The position numbers and the translations under genes were made by a program. Source: Candidatus Cloacimonadales bacterium (lineage in GTDB: Bacteria; Cloacimonadota; Cloacimonadia; Cloacimonadales; JAIOQZ01). From it: DNA of 64,000 nt. The stretch spans positions 1,440,001 through 1,504,000 of the forward strand of contig OY771587.1 in assembly GCA_963674825.1 (NCBI GenBank), in the 5' to 3' direction. This document shows, one piece after another, positions 1 to 9,322 of this stretch (its first letter is position 1; every line of letters begins with the position of its first letter). A model generated the notes under the pieces. That model saw nothing but the letters and a program-made list of their open reading frames with translations, did no database searches and was not told the DNA's origin.

Positions 1-65
1 AGACCCCAGAAGTAGTTCTTATCGTTGACCGTCAGCTGCGCCACTTCAATCAATGTTATCAGCAT
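1..65 (-). CDS. N-terminus of a protein running off the window (MLITLIEVAQLTVNDKNYFWG...), product unknown
   Basis: ATG at 65 preceded by a GGAGG RBS; frame open to the window edge. Confidence 0.5.
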   Translation of the reverse strand, partial: MLITLIEVAQLTVNDKNYFWG

Positions 66-258
66 AACGCCTCCATTCTTGAATAAAGGAAGATAATCAC
101 CACGTTACCATGTCAAGTATATTTTGACCTTGATAAGATTTACCCTGAACCCACGAATAATGAAAATCATGCTTGGGCTGTTTGTGCTGCGACATGCACC
201 GAAAATAAATTGACACATCGACTTGACGAACGATAAATGTCGGCGGAGTAATTTGAAT

Positions 259-834
259 ATGAACATCATTACACAAAAAACGGGTTGGATTGAAATTATC
301 TGCGGAGGAATGTTCAGCGGCAAGTCCGAAGAGCTTATCCGCAGGGTACGTCGAACCCAGTACGCCCGGCAAAAAGTCCAAGTCTTCAAGCCGTCACTGG
401 ATAACCGTTACGCAGACGAATACGTGGTTTCGCATAGCCAGATGAAACTGCCGTCGGAACTCGTTACGGACACCGCCGAGATTCGCAGTCTGCTTCAGGA
501 CGATTCGCAGGTGATCGCGATCGACGAGGTACAGTTCTTCGATGAAGACGTTATCAAGCTGGTAGCCGAACTCGCCGATCATGGGAAGCGGGTTATTTTG
601 GCTGGTTTGGATATGGATTATCGCGGCAAGCCATTTGGCCCGATGCCGCATTTGCTGGCGATAGCCGATTATGTAACCAAGCTTCAGGCAATCTGCGTCA
701 AGTGCGGGAATCCCGCCGGTAGAACGCAGCGCTTGAGCCATGATAAAGAGCAGATAGTGGTTGGTGCTGATAATATCTACGAAGCACGCTGCCGCAACTG
801 CCATGAGGTATGGGATGATAGCGGGGATCGTTGA
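259..834 (+). CDS. tdk: Thymidine kinase
   Basis: GGMFSGKS P-loop, [15 protein letters not shown], Zn lasso CVKC...YEARCRNC. Confidence 0.97.
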   Translation: MNIITQKTGWIEIICGGMFSGKSEELIRRVRRTQYARQKVQVFKPSLDNRYADEYVVSHSQMKLPSELVTDTAEIRSLLQDDSQVIAIDEVQFFDEDVIKLVAELADHGKRVILAGLDMDYRGKPFGPMPHLLAIADYVTKLQAICVKCGNPAGRTQRLSHDKEQIVVGADNIYEARCRNCHEVWDDSGDR

Positions 835-1078
835 CAGAATCCTATTTCTGTATGAGGTTGTCATTATCGCGAGAGCGTTGATCTCGTGGTTTTCGCCAAA
901 CCCGAACAACCAGCTCTATCGGTTTCTGATCAGAATAACCGAGCCCATTATGCGTCCGATACGCGAGACGCTATTTCGGCTCATTCCAAATATTGGTATC
1001 GACTTCTCGCCACTGGTGATCATTCTGATTATCCAGTTTCTGCGTAACATGCTGTTCAGCGGAGTCGTTCGATTTTAA
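815..1078 (+). CDS. YggT/YlmG family membrane protein
   Basis: [17 protein letters not shown] and IDFSPLV motifs; lies upstream of divIVA. Confidence 0.9.
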   Translation: MIAGIVDRILFLYEVVIIARALISWFSPNPNNQLYRFLIRITEPIMRPIRETLFRLIPNIGIDFSPLVIILIIQFLRNMLFSGVVRF

Positions 1079-1098
1079 CAATGCCTTTGGGAGGTAGT

Positions 1099-1740
1099 AT
1101 GGAAAAACTGGAGTTAACCCCTGTGGATATCCGACACAAGGAATTTCCCACCGGACTTGCCGGCTACAAGAAGGAAGAAGTCCGCGAATTTCTGGAGATC
1201 GTTTCTGCACAAATGGAAGACCTTATGGCACAGGCTTCCCGAGTCGAGAGGAGAGCGCCTGAGGTACAGGAAGAGCCGCGTCCGACACCCATGCCAACTC
1301 CTGCTCCCAAGCCGCAGCCCATCCTTGAAGAGAAACCAAGAGCTACGGAAGACCTCATCAGCCGCACTTTGATCATCGCCGAGCAAACCAAGACCGAGAT
1401 CATCGCCGCTGCCAAGAAAGACGCAGAGCGCATTCTGCGCAACGCGGAGCTTGAAGCGAAGAAGACGATCGAGGAAGCACACCGCTACCTGGAAGTGCTC
1501 GATCGCAAGTACAAAGAAATCAAGGTCGAGAAGAAAGAATTCCTTTCGCAGTACAAAGCGGAGCTGGAAGACATTCTCGATAAAATCACCAAGAGCACCG
1601 TCCTGAACAAGGAAATGGAAGACGAAATGGATCAGCATTTCGAACGAGCCAAAAAGGTGCGCTATACCCCAGAAACAGAGAAGAAAGATGAACAACAAAA
1701 TACAGGAATCAATCCAATATCTCAAGACGAAAGTTCGTAG
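1099..1740 (+). CDS. divIVA: DivIVA-domain coiled-coil protein
   Basis: LTPVDIRHKEF...GYKKEEVREFL N-terminal motif, Pro-rich linker, coiled coil; GGAGG RBS. Confidence 0.9.
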   Translation: MEKLELTPVDIRHKEFPTGLAGYKKEEVREFLEIVSAQMEDLMAQASRVERRAPEVQEEPRPTPMPTPAPKPQPILEEKPRATEDLISRTLIIAEQTKTEIIAAAKKDAERILRNAELEAKKTIEEAHRYLEVLDRKYKEIKVEKKEFLSQYKAELEDILDKITKSTVLNKEMEDEMDQHFERAKKVRYTPETEKKDEQQNTGINPISQDESS

Positions 1741-2503
1741 TAATCCGGTACTCGCTGTAATCCTCGGAACTGGCCTGAACGATTTAGCCGATTCAGGAGC
1801 CATTATCGCCGATATCCCGTACGGGAATATCCCTGGTTTCGCGCGATCCACAGCACCCTCGCATAAGGGCAGAATGGTCTTCACCAGTATCGAAGGCAAA
1901 GATGTCCTGTTCATGCAGGGGCGGCTGCATTACTACGAAGGCTATCCGATGACGCAGATAACCTATCCCATCCGCGTTCTGCAAGCGCTGGGTGTACAGA
2001 ATCTGATCATCACAAACGCAGCGGGAAGTCTGAACGAAACGATGAGCCCCGGCTCGATCGTTCTGCTCAGCGACCACATCAACATGATGGGAACCAACCC
2101 ATTGATTGGCTCACCGGAACAGATCCCCGGAGAGCGGTTCCCGAGCCTGCACGAACCCTATAACCTTGAAATGATAGAAACCGCGAAAACGATCGCGGAA
2201 AAGAATAAAATTAAAGTCCATCAGGGAGTTTATGCTGCGATGAGCGGCCCAAGCCTGGAGACGGCAGCCGAATGCAGGATGCTGTCACGCCTTGGCGCTG
2301 ACCTGGTCGGAATGTCCACCGTACCCGAGGTTATCGTCGGCGTACAGTGCGGCCTGAAGATCATGGGGATCTCTATCGTAACCAACTACGGCAATATCTT
2401 CCATGCCAAATCGCACTCGCAGGAAGAAATTCGTCAGCATGCCGCTGAGGCTGCCGACAACCTGAAGACCCTGATAAAGGGTATGATTTCCCAAATGGAT
2501 TGA
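1688..2503 (+). CDS. Purine-nucleoside phosphorylase (trimeric family)
   Basis: ILGTGL, QGRLHYYEGY, TNAAGS, GPSLET, VGMSTVPE motifs. Confidence 0.95.
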   Translation: MNNKIQESIQYLKTKVRSNPVLAVILGTGLNDLADSGAIIADIPYGNIPGFARSTAPSHKGRMVFTSIEGKDVLFMQGRLHYYEGYPMTQITYPIRVLQALGVQNLIITNAAGSLNETMSPGSIVLLSDHINMMGTNPLIGSPEQIPGERFPSLHEPYNLEMIETAKTIAEKNKIKVHQGVYAAMSGPSLETAAECRMLSRLGADLVGMSTVPEVIVGVQCGLKIMGISIVTNYGNIFHAKSHSQEEIRQHAAEAADNLKTLIKGMISQMD

Positions 2504-2515
2504 GAAAGGAATGTC

Positions 2516-2911
2516 ATGGCGGCTAAAAGTCTGAGTAACGAGAAGCTGAAAGAATACGAAGAGATTTTGCATCAGGAAAAGGAAGAGACACTCCGTATTA
2601 TCGGAGAAATCAACGACAAGCAGAAACGGGGAATCAAAGACGGATCCGGCGATTCATCATCTTTTGCCTACCATCAGGCAGACCAGGGAACCGATACAGG
2701 CCAGTACGAGAAAGAGACATATCTGCTCGAAAAAGAGCAGGAAAAGCTCAAAAACATCAATCAGGCCCTCAAGCGCATCTATGAGCGCACATACGGTATC
2801 TGCGAGATCTGCGGCTGCGAGATTCCTCCAGCTCGGCTCAAGATTATCCCCTGGGCCAAGAGCTGTATCGAATGTAAATCCAAAGAAGAAAAGAGAAAGA
2901 ACGGAAGATGA
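2516..2911 (+). CDS. TraR/DksA C4 zinc-finger protein
   Basis: Coiled coil with HQADQGTD tip; YGICEICG...RL...CIEC. Confidence 0.9.
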   Translation: MAAKSLSNEKLKEYEEILHQEKEETLRIIGEINDKQKRGIKDGSGDSSSFAYHQADQGTDTGQYEKETYLLEKEQEKLKNINQALKRIYERTYGICEICGCEIPPARLKIIPWAKSCIECKSKEEKRKNGR

Positions 2912-3405
2912 AGCTCTGGGCCTACTTCGTAATTACCGGTCTGGTGGTTTTCTGGGATCAACTCAGCAAGATCATCGTCCGATCCACCATGCAGCTATAT
3001 CAGACCATACCGGTTCTGGGGAATTACTTCCGTCTGCGCTATGTAACCAATACCGGCGCAGCGTTCAGCATGTCCACCGGTTCACTCCTGGTTGACCGCT
3101 GGATTCTGACGGGCGTTGGAATCGTTGCGGTGGGATTGATTGTGTACCTGCTGATCAAGCAGGAGCAGGTGATTCCAAAAGTCTGCCTGGCAATGATCCT
3201 TGGCGGCGCGATCGGCAACTTGATCGACCGTATTATTTTCGGTAAGGTGACGGATTTTCTGGACAGCGATTTCCCCGATTTCATTATGGAACGGTGGCCG
3301 GTGTTCAACGTGGCCGATAGCTCGATCGTGATAGCGATATGTATGTATATGATATATATCTTGTTTTTGGAAAAAAAGATTATGACCCGTTCCGGGGAGG
3401 AGTAA
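2908..3405 (+). CDS. lspA: Lipoprotein signal peptidase II
   Basis: DQLSK, NTGAAFS, GNLIDR, VTDF, FNVAD motifs. Confidence 0.97.
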   Translation: MKLWAYFVITGLVVFWDQLSKIIVRSTMQLYQTIPVLGNYFRLRYVTNTGAAFSMSTGSLLVDRWILTGVGIVAVGLIVYLLIKQEQVIPKVCLAMILGGAIGNLIDRIIFGKVTDFLDSDFPDFIMERWPVFNVADSSIVIAICMYMIYILFLEKKIMTRSGEE

Positions 3406-5342
3406 TGAAGAAAATATTGATGACGTTGCTGATCGTAGTGCCGCTGATGATGCTGGCACAGGAGATCACGACGATCGCCGAAATTCAGGAAAACATAAGT
3501 GACTATAACGGCGAAGAAGTGACCATCGAAGCTGTGGTCACAATCGGTGCCGGGAAAACTTACGATACGCGCCTGCAAGCATACGTTCAGGATGAGTCCG
3601 GCAAGGGACTTCAGGTATTCGATTACGATATCACCAATGCCTATGAACGTGACTTCGTACGCGGAAACAGACTTCAGATCACCGGTACTGTCGAAGAATA
3701 TAATGGTTCAACCGAAATCACCGATTTCAGCTACGACGTTATCTCGACAGGAAATCTGATGCCGATTACCGACCTGACCCGGGATGAGCTGGATAACTTC
3801 AGCCTCTGGGAAGGTACCATGACCTGGTTCTACGGCCTGGTTACAGATTCCTACAGCGCTGGCGGCGGCTTGAATGTCACGCTCGAAGGTACTGACGGAT
3901 ATGAGATGGTTTTACGTCTCTGGGATTCTTGCGATGTCGATCCTGATATCGCGATAGGTAACTGGATCATTGGCAAAGGCGTGCTGAGCTCATACAACAA
4001 CGCAGCGCAGTTGCTTCCGGCCTACTACGAAGATTTCACGCCGTTCACCACCATCATTTCACCGGAAACAATCTTCGCTGAAGACGACATCACGGTGAAG
4101 CTTCATGTGGATTGGCCTGAAACCATCACATCCATCCAGCTTCGCTACGCGCTTCAGAGTGATTTGCAATTTCATCCGCTGACGATGACTCCGATCGAAG
4201 GTGCAAACCGCGCTTTCCAGGGAACTGTACCGCCGCTCAATTCGCTGAGCGAACAATCCGATAACTACGTATTTGTGTATGTCGGGATGAACGCTGCGGG
4301 TACCGCTGTCATGCAGAGCGAAATGATGCCGATCACGGTCTATACCGGTGTTCCGTTCATCAACGATTTCGAATTCTATTCGGATTACACCGAAAGCTAT
4401 AGTTTCATCGACTATCCCTTCAACGACGAACCGATCACAGTCCGCGTAAATGTCGTGGATGATCTCGGCGAAATCGATGAAGTCTATCTTATGTTCGGTC
4501 TTAAAAGCGATTCCAGTCTCGAACACACCCTTGTACTGGATTCCGACGACAACGACTGGTATGAAGGCGAACTGCCTCCTGTTACCGACTATACCGAACA
4601 GATCGAAGACTACGTCTTCCAGATCTTTGCCCGGGACGATGACGAAAACCTGGTTAACTCCGAGGAAATCGAAATTGTCATCGCTCCCAGAGCACCGATC
4701 TTGTATGACATGGAATTCCTGAATATCCCCGAGCCGGGTGAAGACCTCGAATTCGGCGCGAATATATGGGATACGGACGGAACGCTGGATCAGATTTTCA
4801 TCGAGTACCAGCTCGACTACGACTCCAAGACTCATACCGCTGAGCTTGTTCGCGATACCACCTATACCGATTCGACCCGCTACTACGGTGTTATCCCGGG
4901 AAAATCCTCGGGAACAACCGTATTCGCACGGGCCGTCGCGTACGACATAAGCGGCTACTCGACCTGGGATTACCCGGGCTACGAGGAAATGCTGGTGGAA
5001 TACACATACCCAGTCACTTCGCACAAAGCGATCCTCAAGATTCCGCCCACACCGTTCAACCCATACGCGGGTGAGACCATCCCCATCGACTTCTACTCGA
5101 AGCAGGGCGACAAAGCTCTCCTTCGCATCTACAGCTCGTCTGGAAGACTGGTTCACACAGCGAAAAATTTCATCATCACCGACGAAGATGGTATCAACCG
5201 CTATGAATGGGACGGCAAGAACCGCGCCCGTAACATACTGCCGCTCGGTCTTTACATCGTGCATCTTGAAGTTACCGAAACCGACACCGGCAACAAGAAA
5301 ACCGCGAAAGCGCCCATCATTATCGGCGCACCGCTCAAATAG
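3405..5342 (+). CDS. Secreted acidic protein with N-terminal OB-fold-like domains, Ig-like repeats and a C-terminal FlgD-Ig/T9SS-type domain
   Basis: Signal peptide MKKILMTLLIVVPLMMLA; TIAEIQ...EEVTIEAVVT; C-terminal PTPFNP...IYSSSGRLV...WDGKN...GLYIVHL; TAATG coupling to lspA. Confidence 0.7.
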   Translation: MKKILMTLLIVVPLMMLAQEITTIAEIQENISDYNGEEVTIEAVVTIGAGKTYDTRLQAYVQDESGKGLQVFDYDITNAYERDFVRGNRLQITGTVEEYNGSTEITDFSYDVISTGNLMPITDLTRDELDNFSLWEGTMTWFYGLVTDSYSAGGGLNVTLEGTDGYEMVLRLWDSCDVDPDIAIGNWIIGKGVLSSYNNAAQLLPAYYEDFTPFTTIISPETIFAEDDITVKLHVDWPETITSIQLRYALQSDLQFHPLTMTPIEGANRAFQGTVPPLNSLSEQSDNYVFVYVGMNAAGTAVMQSEMMPITVYTGVPFINDFEFYSDYTESYSFIDYPFNDEPITVRVNVVDDLGEIDEVYLMFGLKSDSSLEHTLVLDSDDNDWYEGELPPVTDYTEQIEDYVFQIFARDDDENLVNSEEIEIVIAPRAPILYDMEFLNIPEPGEDLEFGANIWDTDGTLDQIFIEYQLDYDSKTHTAELVRDTTYTDSTRYYGVIPGKSSGTTVFARAVAYDISGYSTWDYPGYEEMLVEYTYPVTSHKAILKIPPTPFNPYAGETIPIDFYSKQGDKALLRIYSSSGRLVHTAKNFIITDEDGINRYEWDGKNRARNILPLGLYIVHLEVTETDTGNKKTAKAPIIIGAPLK

Positions 5343-5351
5343 GGGTTCGAC

Positions 5352-6224
5352 ATGAGAATCAGGAATGTCATTGGAATCATTGCCATCATCATCACGATTA
5401 TCCCGGGGCTTCACGGTATCTTCGACGAATACGAACCCTCGGCAAGAGCACGCGCTATGGGCGGAACCTACTGTGCCATCTCAGATGACGCAGATGCGAT
5501 CTTTTATAATCCTGCCGGGCTGATGCTTGGTACCAACCAGGTAAAAGCCGGTTACACGAAGATCTTCAGCAACGATTTCCAAGTGCTGACCGTCTTCGAC
5601 GCATCCTACGACCTCCCGAAGTCTTTCGGCCGCATAGGATTCGGATATACGGGCCTGGACGTTGACTACGAAGGTGAGACCCTCATGAGCGAAAAGACCT
5701 TCATGCTGGGCCATTCATTCGCACTCGTTGAAGATATCCACTCGCAGCTCTACATCGGCTACACTGCGAACCTGTACAACATCGCCATCGACCGTTTCAG
5801 CAACCGCTCTGCGTTCGGCATCAACCTGGGCGCAACCGCCGTTCTGCACACCAGAACCCGGCTGGCGTTTGCCGTTACAAACATCAACAACCCGCGCGTT
5901 GGCGAGGACGACGACTATGAACTGCCGTCTGAAATGACGCTCGGTATCGCTTATATTCCCTACACCGGCGTGACCACCACGCTGGATGTGAAAAAGACAT
6001 TCAACACGCCATCCGATACCGGCGAGAGCACAACTGAGATCCATGCCGGCGTCGAAGCAAAGCTCTTCGACATTCTCTCCATCCGCATGGGTGTTCAGGA
6101 CGACCCCACCATGTATAGCGCGGGTGTAGGCATCGAAGTGCATAACGTGCTGGTCGAATACGCCTACCAGACACATAGCGTGCTGGATGATACACACCAC
6201 GTGGGTATCGGTTTCAAGTTCTAA
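5352..6224 (+). CDS. PorV/PorQ-like outer-membrane beta-barrel protein
   Basis: Signal peptide; SARARAMGG...DADAIFYNPAGL motif; amphipathic strands; C-terminal Phe. Confidence 0.8.
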   Translation: MRIRNVIGIIAIIITIIPGLHGIFDEYEPSARARAMGGTYCAISDDADAIFYNPAGLMLGTNQVKAGYTKIFSNDFQVLTVFDASYDLPKSFGRIGFGYTGLDVDYEGETLMSEKTFMLGHSFALVEDIHSQLYIGYTANLYNIAIDRFSNRSAFGINLGATAVLHTRTRLAFAVTNINNPRVGEDDDYELPSEMTLGIAYIPYTGVTTTLDVKKTFNTPSDTGESTTEIHAGVEAKLFDILSIRMGVQDDPTMYSAGVGIEVHNVLVEYAYQTHSVLDDTHHVGIGFKF

Positions 6225-6244
6225 CCAACAAGTGAGGTCATTCT

Positions 6245-6547
6245 ATGAGAAAGAAGGATAAGAAGAACGTTGTACCGGCAGCCAACGCCTGGGTAGCTCA
6301 GATCGTAAGCATGATCTTCGATCTGGTCAAACATGTGATCAAAGATTTTGAGATGAATCGCAACCTGAAAAAAGCGACCGGCGTTGCCGAGCAGTTCTCC
6401 ACCGTCGAACATCTCATCCTCAAACTCGAGACCAAAGTCAGCGACAATCGAAAAGCACTTGACGACCTCAAAAACCGCCTGCTCTGGAGCAACATCATCA
6501 TCATTGCGCTGCTGGTGACCATCGTTATACAGGTCATTGCCAAATAG
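6245..6547 (+). CDS. Small hypothetical protein: coiled coil plus C-terminal transmembrane helix
   Basis: GAGG RBS; hydrophobic C-terminus. Confidence 0.7.
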   Translation: MRKKDKKNVVPAANAWVAQIVSMIFDLVKHVIKDFEMNRNLKKATGVAEQFSTVEHLILKLETKVSDNRKALDDLKNRLLWSNIIIIALLVTIVIQVIAK

Positions 6548-6569
6548 CGCAACCATAGAACAAACTTCG

Positions 6570-6602
6570 GGCGGTTCCACAATGAGGAATCGCCTTTTTT
6601 TT
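6570..6602 (+). terminator. Intrinsic terminator-like hairpin immediately before the polA RBS
   Basis: GGCGGTTCC-acaatga-GGAATCGCC followed by T8. Confidence 0.7.
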
Positions 6603-6614
6603 CAGGGAGCCACC

Positions 6615-9314
6615 ATGAAGCCAAAACTGATCCTGATCGACGGGACCGCCATCATCTACCGAACATATTACGCGTTCATCAACCGTCCGCTCATCAACAG
6701 CAAGGGACTTAACACGAGCGCTATATTCGGCACCGTCAACACCTTCTTCAAGCTGCTCGAGACCTTCGAAACCGACAACATCGCCATCTCTTTCGACCTC
6801 AAAGAAAAGACTTTCCGGCACGAACTGGACGTAAACTACAAGGCGAACCGTCCCGAAATGCCTGACGACCTCGTGCAGCAGATCCAGCCAATTCGCGAAT
6901 TCTTCGACACCGTTGGTCTGACCACCTGTACCAAGGTCGGATTCGAAGCGGACGACGTGATCGCGACCATCGCCGAGAAATGCCGTGATGAATTCGAAAT
7001 CGTGCTGGTCACCGGCGATAAGGACTACGCGCAGCTTGTGGACGACACTATCGAGATGTACGATCCCTTCAAGAACGAGACACAGCGACGTGAAGAGATC
7101 GTGGAGAAGTACGGCGTAACGCCGGAGCAGTTCGTTGATTATCTGGCGCTGGTCGGCGATACGGCGGACAACATTCCAGGCGTAAAGGGAATCGGCAAGA
7201 AAGGCGCAGCCAAGTTGCTGAACGATTTCGGCACTCTCGAGAACATCTATGAGCAGATCGATCAGGTTACTCCCAATGGAACCAAGGCAAAGCTGGAAGA
7301 AAATCGCGACAATGCCTTCCTCTCGCAGAAGCTGGCTCGTATGGTTCGCGATGTGGATATCGAAATCGATCCGAAGAAACTAACCTTTCGTCGCAGCGAT
7401 ATCGATAAGGCGATCCCATTTTTCCAGGAATTCGAGCTGAAATCGATTCTGAAGAAGGTTTCCGGGCAGCAGGAACTTGATCTATTCGGCGAAGAACCGG
7501 AACAGAAGCAGGAAGGTGGCGTGACGTTCGAACCGATCCTGATCGACACCCCCGAAAAGTTCCAAGACCTACTGAAACAGATTCCAGCCGACGATTTTAT
7601 GGCGATCGATACCGAGACAACCAGCACCGATCCCTTGATGGCGGATCTGGTGGGGATATCCCTTTGCTGGCAAGATGACAAGGCCTACTATCTCCCCGTA
7701 GCGCACAGTATGTCCGACAACCTCGATTTCGACGAGACCGTTTCCAGCCTGAAAAAAGCACTTAACGGATGCCGCCTGATCGGCCATAACATCAAGTACG
7801 ATATGCATGTGCTGAAACGCGCCGGTTGGAAGATGGAGAATATTCACTTCGACACGATGGTCGCGGCGTACGTGCTCGATCCGGGAGAGATGCGTAACAG
7901 CCTCGATGCCTGTTCACAGCGAGAACTCGGACACGAAATGATCCCCATCAGCGACCTCATCGGAACCGGCAAGAATCAGGAAACCTTCGATATGACGGAC
8001 ACCAAAGCCGCCTGTCGCTACGCCGCGGAAGACGCTTATGTCACGCTACGGTTATTCCAGATTTACCGCAAACGCCTGGCGGATATGGGCCTCGACAAGC
8101 TCTTCTTCGACATCGAGATGCCGCTGATCAAAGTGCTCCATGACATGGAAGAAAATGGCGTGTTTATCGACACCGCAATTCTGGATGAAATATCGAAGAA
8201 GACGCAGCAGCGCATCACCGAGTTGCAGAAGGATATATTCGATGTGGCGGGTAAACCGTTCAACATCAACTCCACCAAGCAGCTTGCGGAGGTGCTTTTC
8301 GACGAGATGGGTATCAAGCCGGTCAAGAAGACCAAAACCGGCTTCTCCACAGACAACAGCGTGCTCGAAGAGCTCGCGAAAGAGCACGATATCGCACGGA
8401 CGTTGATCGAATACCGGCAACTCACCAAACTCGAGAGTACCTACACCACCGCGCTACCGAAGATGATCAATCCGCGCACCGGGCGCATCCATTCCAGCTT
8501 CAATCAGACCGTCGCCTCCACCGGCAGGCTTTCCAGCAGCAATCCCAACCTGCAAAACATCCCCAGCCGTACCGATCTCGGCAGAGAAATCCGCAAAGCA
8601 TTCATTCCTGAAAAGAAAGGCAATGTCATCCTCGCTGGTGACTACTCGCAGATCGAGCTACGTCTGGCAGCCATTATGTCAGGTGACGAAAGCCTCATCA
8701 ACGCTTTCCGCAATCAAGAAGATATCCACCGTCAGACGGCGGCGATCATCTTCGAGAAAGATCCCGGGGAAGTCACCTCAGACGACCGGAAGCACGCCAA
8801 AGTGATCAACTTCGGTATCCTTTACGGTATGGGCGCAACGCGGCTCTCGGGTGAACTGAACCTCTCCCGTAAAGACGCGCAGGATTTCATCGATAACTAT
8901 TTTGCCAAGTTCCCCACCATCAAAGCGTTCATCGACGAGCAGATCAAGAAAGCACGCGACAAGGGATATGCGGAGACCATGCTTGGTCGACGACTCCAGC
9001 TTCCGGGACTGCGGAGCTCCAACCAGCGTATCCGAAGCGAAGCCGAGCGCGTCGCCATCAACATGCCCATCCAGGGCAGTGCTGCCGACATCATCAAGAT
9101 CGCCATGATCGAAATCCATCGAAAATTATCCGAATATCCCATGATCATACAGGTTCACGACGAGTTGGTCTTTGAGATCGAGAAAGACAAGGTCGAAGAA
9201 GCGACGAAACAGATCAGAGAACTGATGGAAAACGCACTACCGAAAGCTTTTAAGGGAATCGTGCCGCTGCTGGTCGATTTCAGCTCGGGCGAGAACTGGC
9301 TGGAAGCGCATTAG
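6615..9314 (+). CDS. polA: DNA polymerase I
   Basis: 5'-3' exonuclease (LIDG, EADD, GDKD), 3'-5' exonuclease (DTETT, HNIKYD, YAAED), polymerase motifs DYSQIELR, NFGILYG, QVHDE. Confidence 0.98.
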   Translation: MKPKLILIDGTAIIYRTYYAFINRPLINSKGLNTSAIFGTVNTFFKLLETFETDNIAISFDLKEKTFRHELDVNYKANRPEMPDDLVQQIQPIREFFDTVGLTTCTKVGFEADDVIATIAEKCRDEFEIVLVTGDKDYAQLVDDTIEMYDPFKNETQRREEIVEKYGVTPEQFVDYLALVGDTADNIPGVKGIGKKGAAKLLNDFGTLENIYEQIDQVTPNGTKAKLEENRDNAFLSQKLARMVRDVDIEIDPKKLTFRRSDIDKAIPFFQEFELKSILKKVSGQQELDLFGEEPEQKQEGGVTFEPILIDTPEKFQDLLKQIPADDFMAIDTETTSTDPLMADLVGISLCWQDDKAYYLPVAHSMSDNLDFDETVSSLKKALNGCRLIGHNIKYDMHVLKRAGWKMENIHFDTMVAAYVLDPGEMRNSLDACSQRELGHEMIPISDLIGTGKNQETFDMTDTKAACRYAAEDAYVTLRLFQIYRKRLADMGLDKLFFDIEMPLIKVLHDMEENGVFIDTAILDEISKKTQQRITELQKDIFDVAGKPFNINSTKQLAEVLFDEMGIKPVKKTKTGFSTDNSVLEELAKEHDIARTLIEYRQLTKLESTYTTALPKMINPRTGRIHSSFNQTVASTGRLSSSNPNLQNIPSRTDLGREIRKAFIPEKKGNVILAGDYSQIELRLAAIMSGDESLINAFRNQEDIHRQTAAIIFEKDPGEVTSDDRKHAKVINFGILYGMGATRLSGELNLSRKDAQDFIDNYFAKFPTIKAFIDEQIKKARDKGYAETMLGRRLQLPGLRSSNQRIRSEAERVAINMPIQGSAADIIKIAMIEIHRKLSEYPMIIQVHDELVFEIEKDKVEEATKQIRELMENALPKAFKGIVPLLVDFSSGENWLEAH

Positions 9315-9322
9315 GAGGAATC

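Noticed and set aside
4059..5414. Long antisense ORFs (also 23005-23937, 37420-38430, 48150-49439)
   Set aside because: Shadow frames opposite well-supported genes, explained by codon bias.
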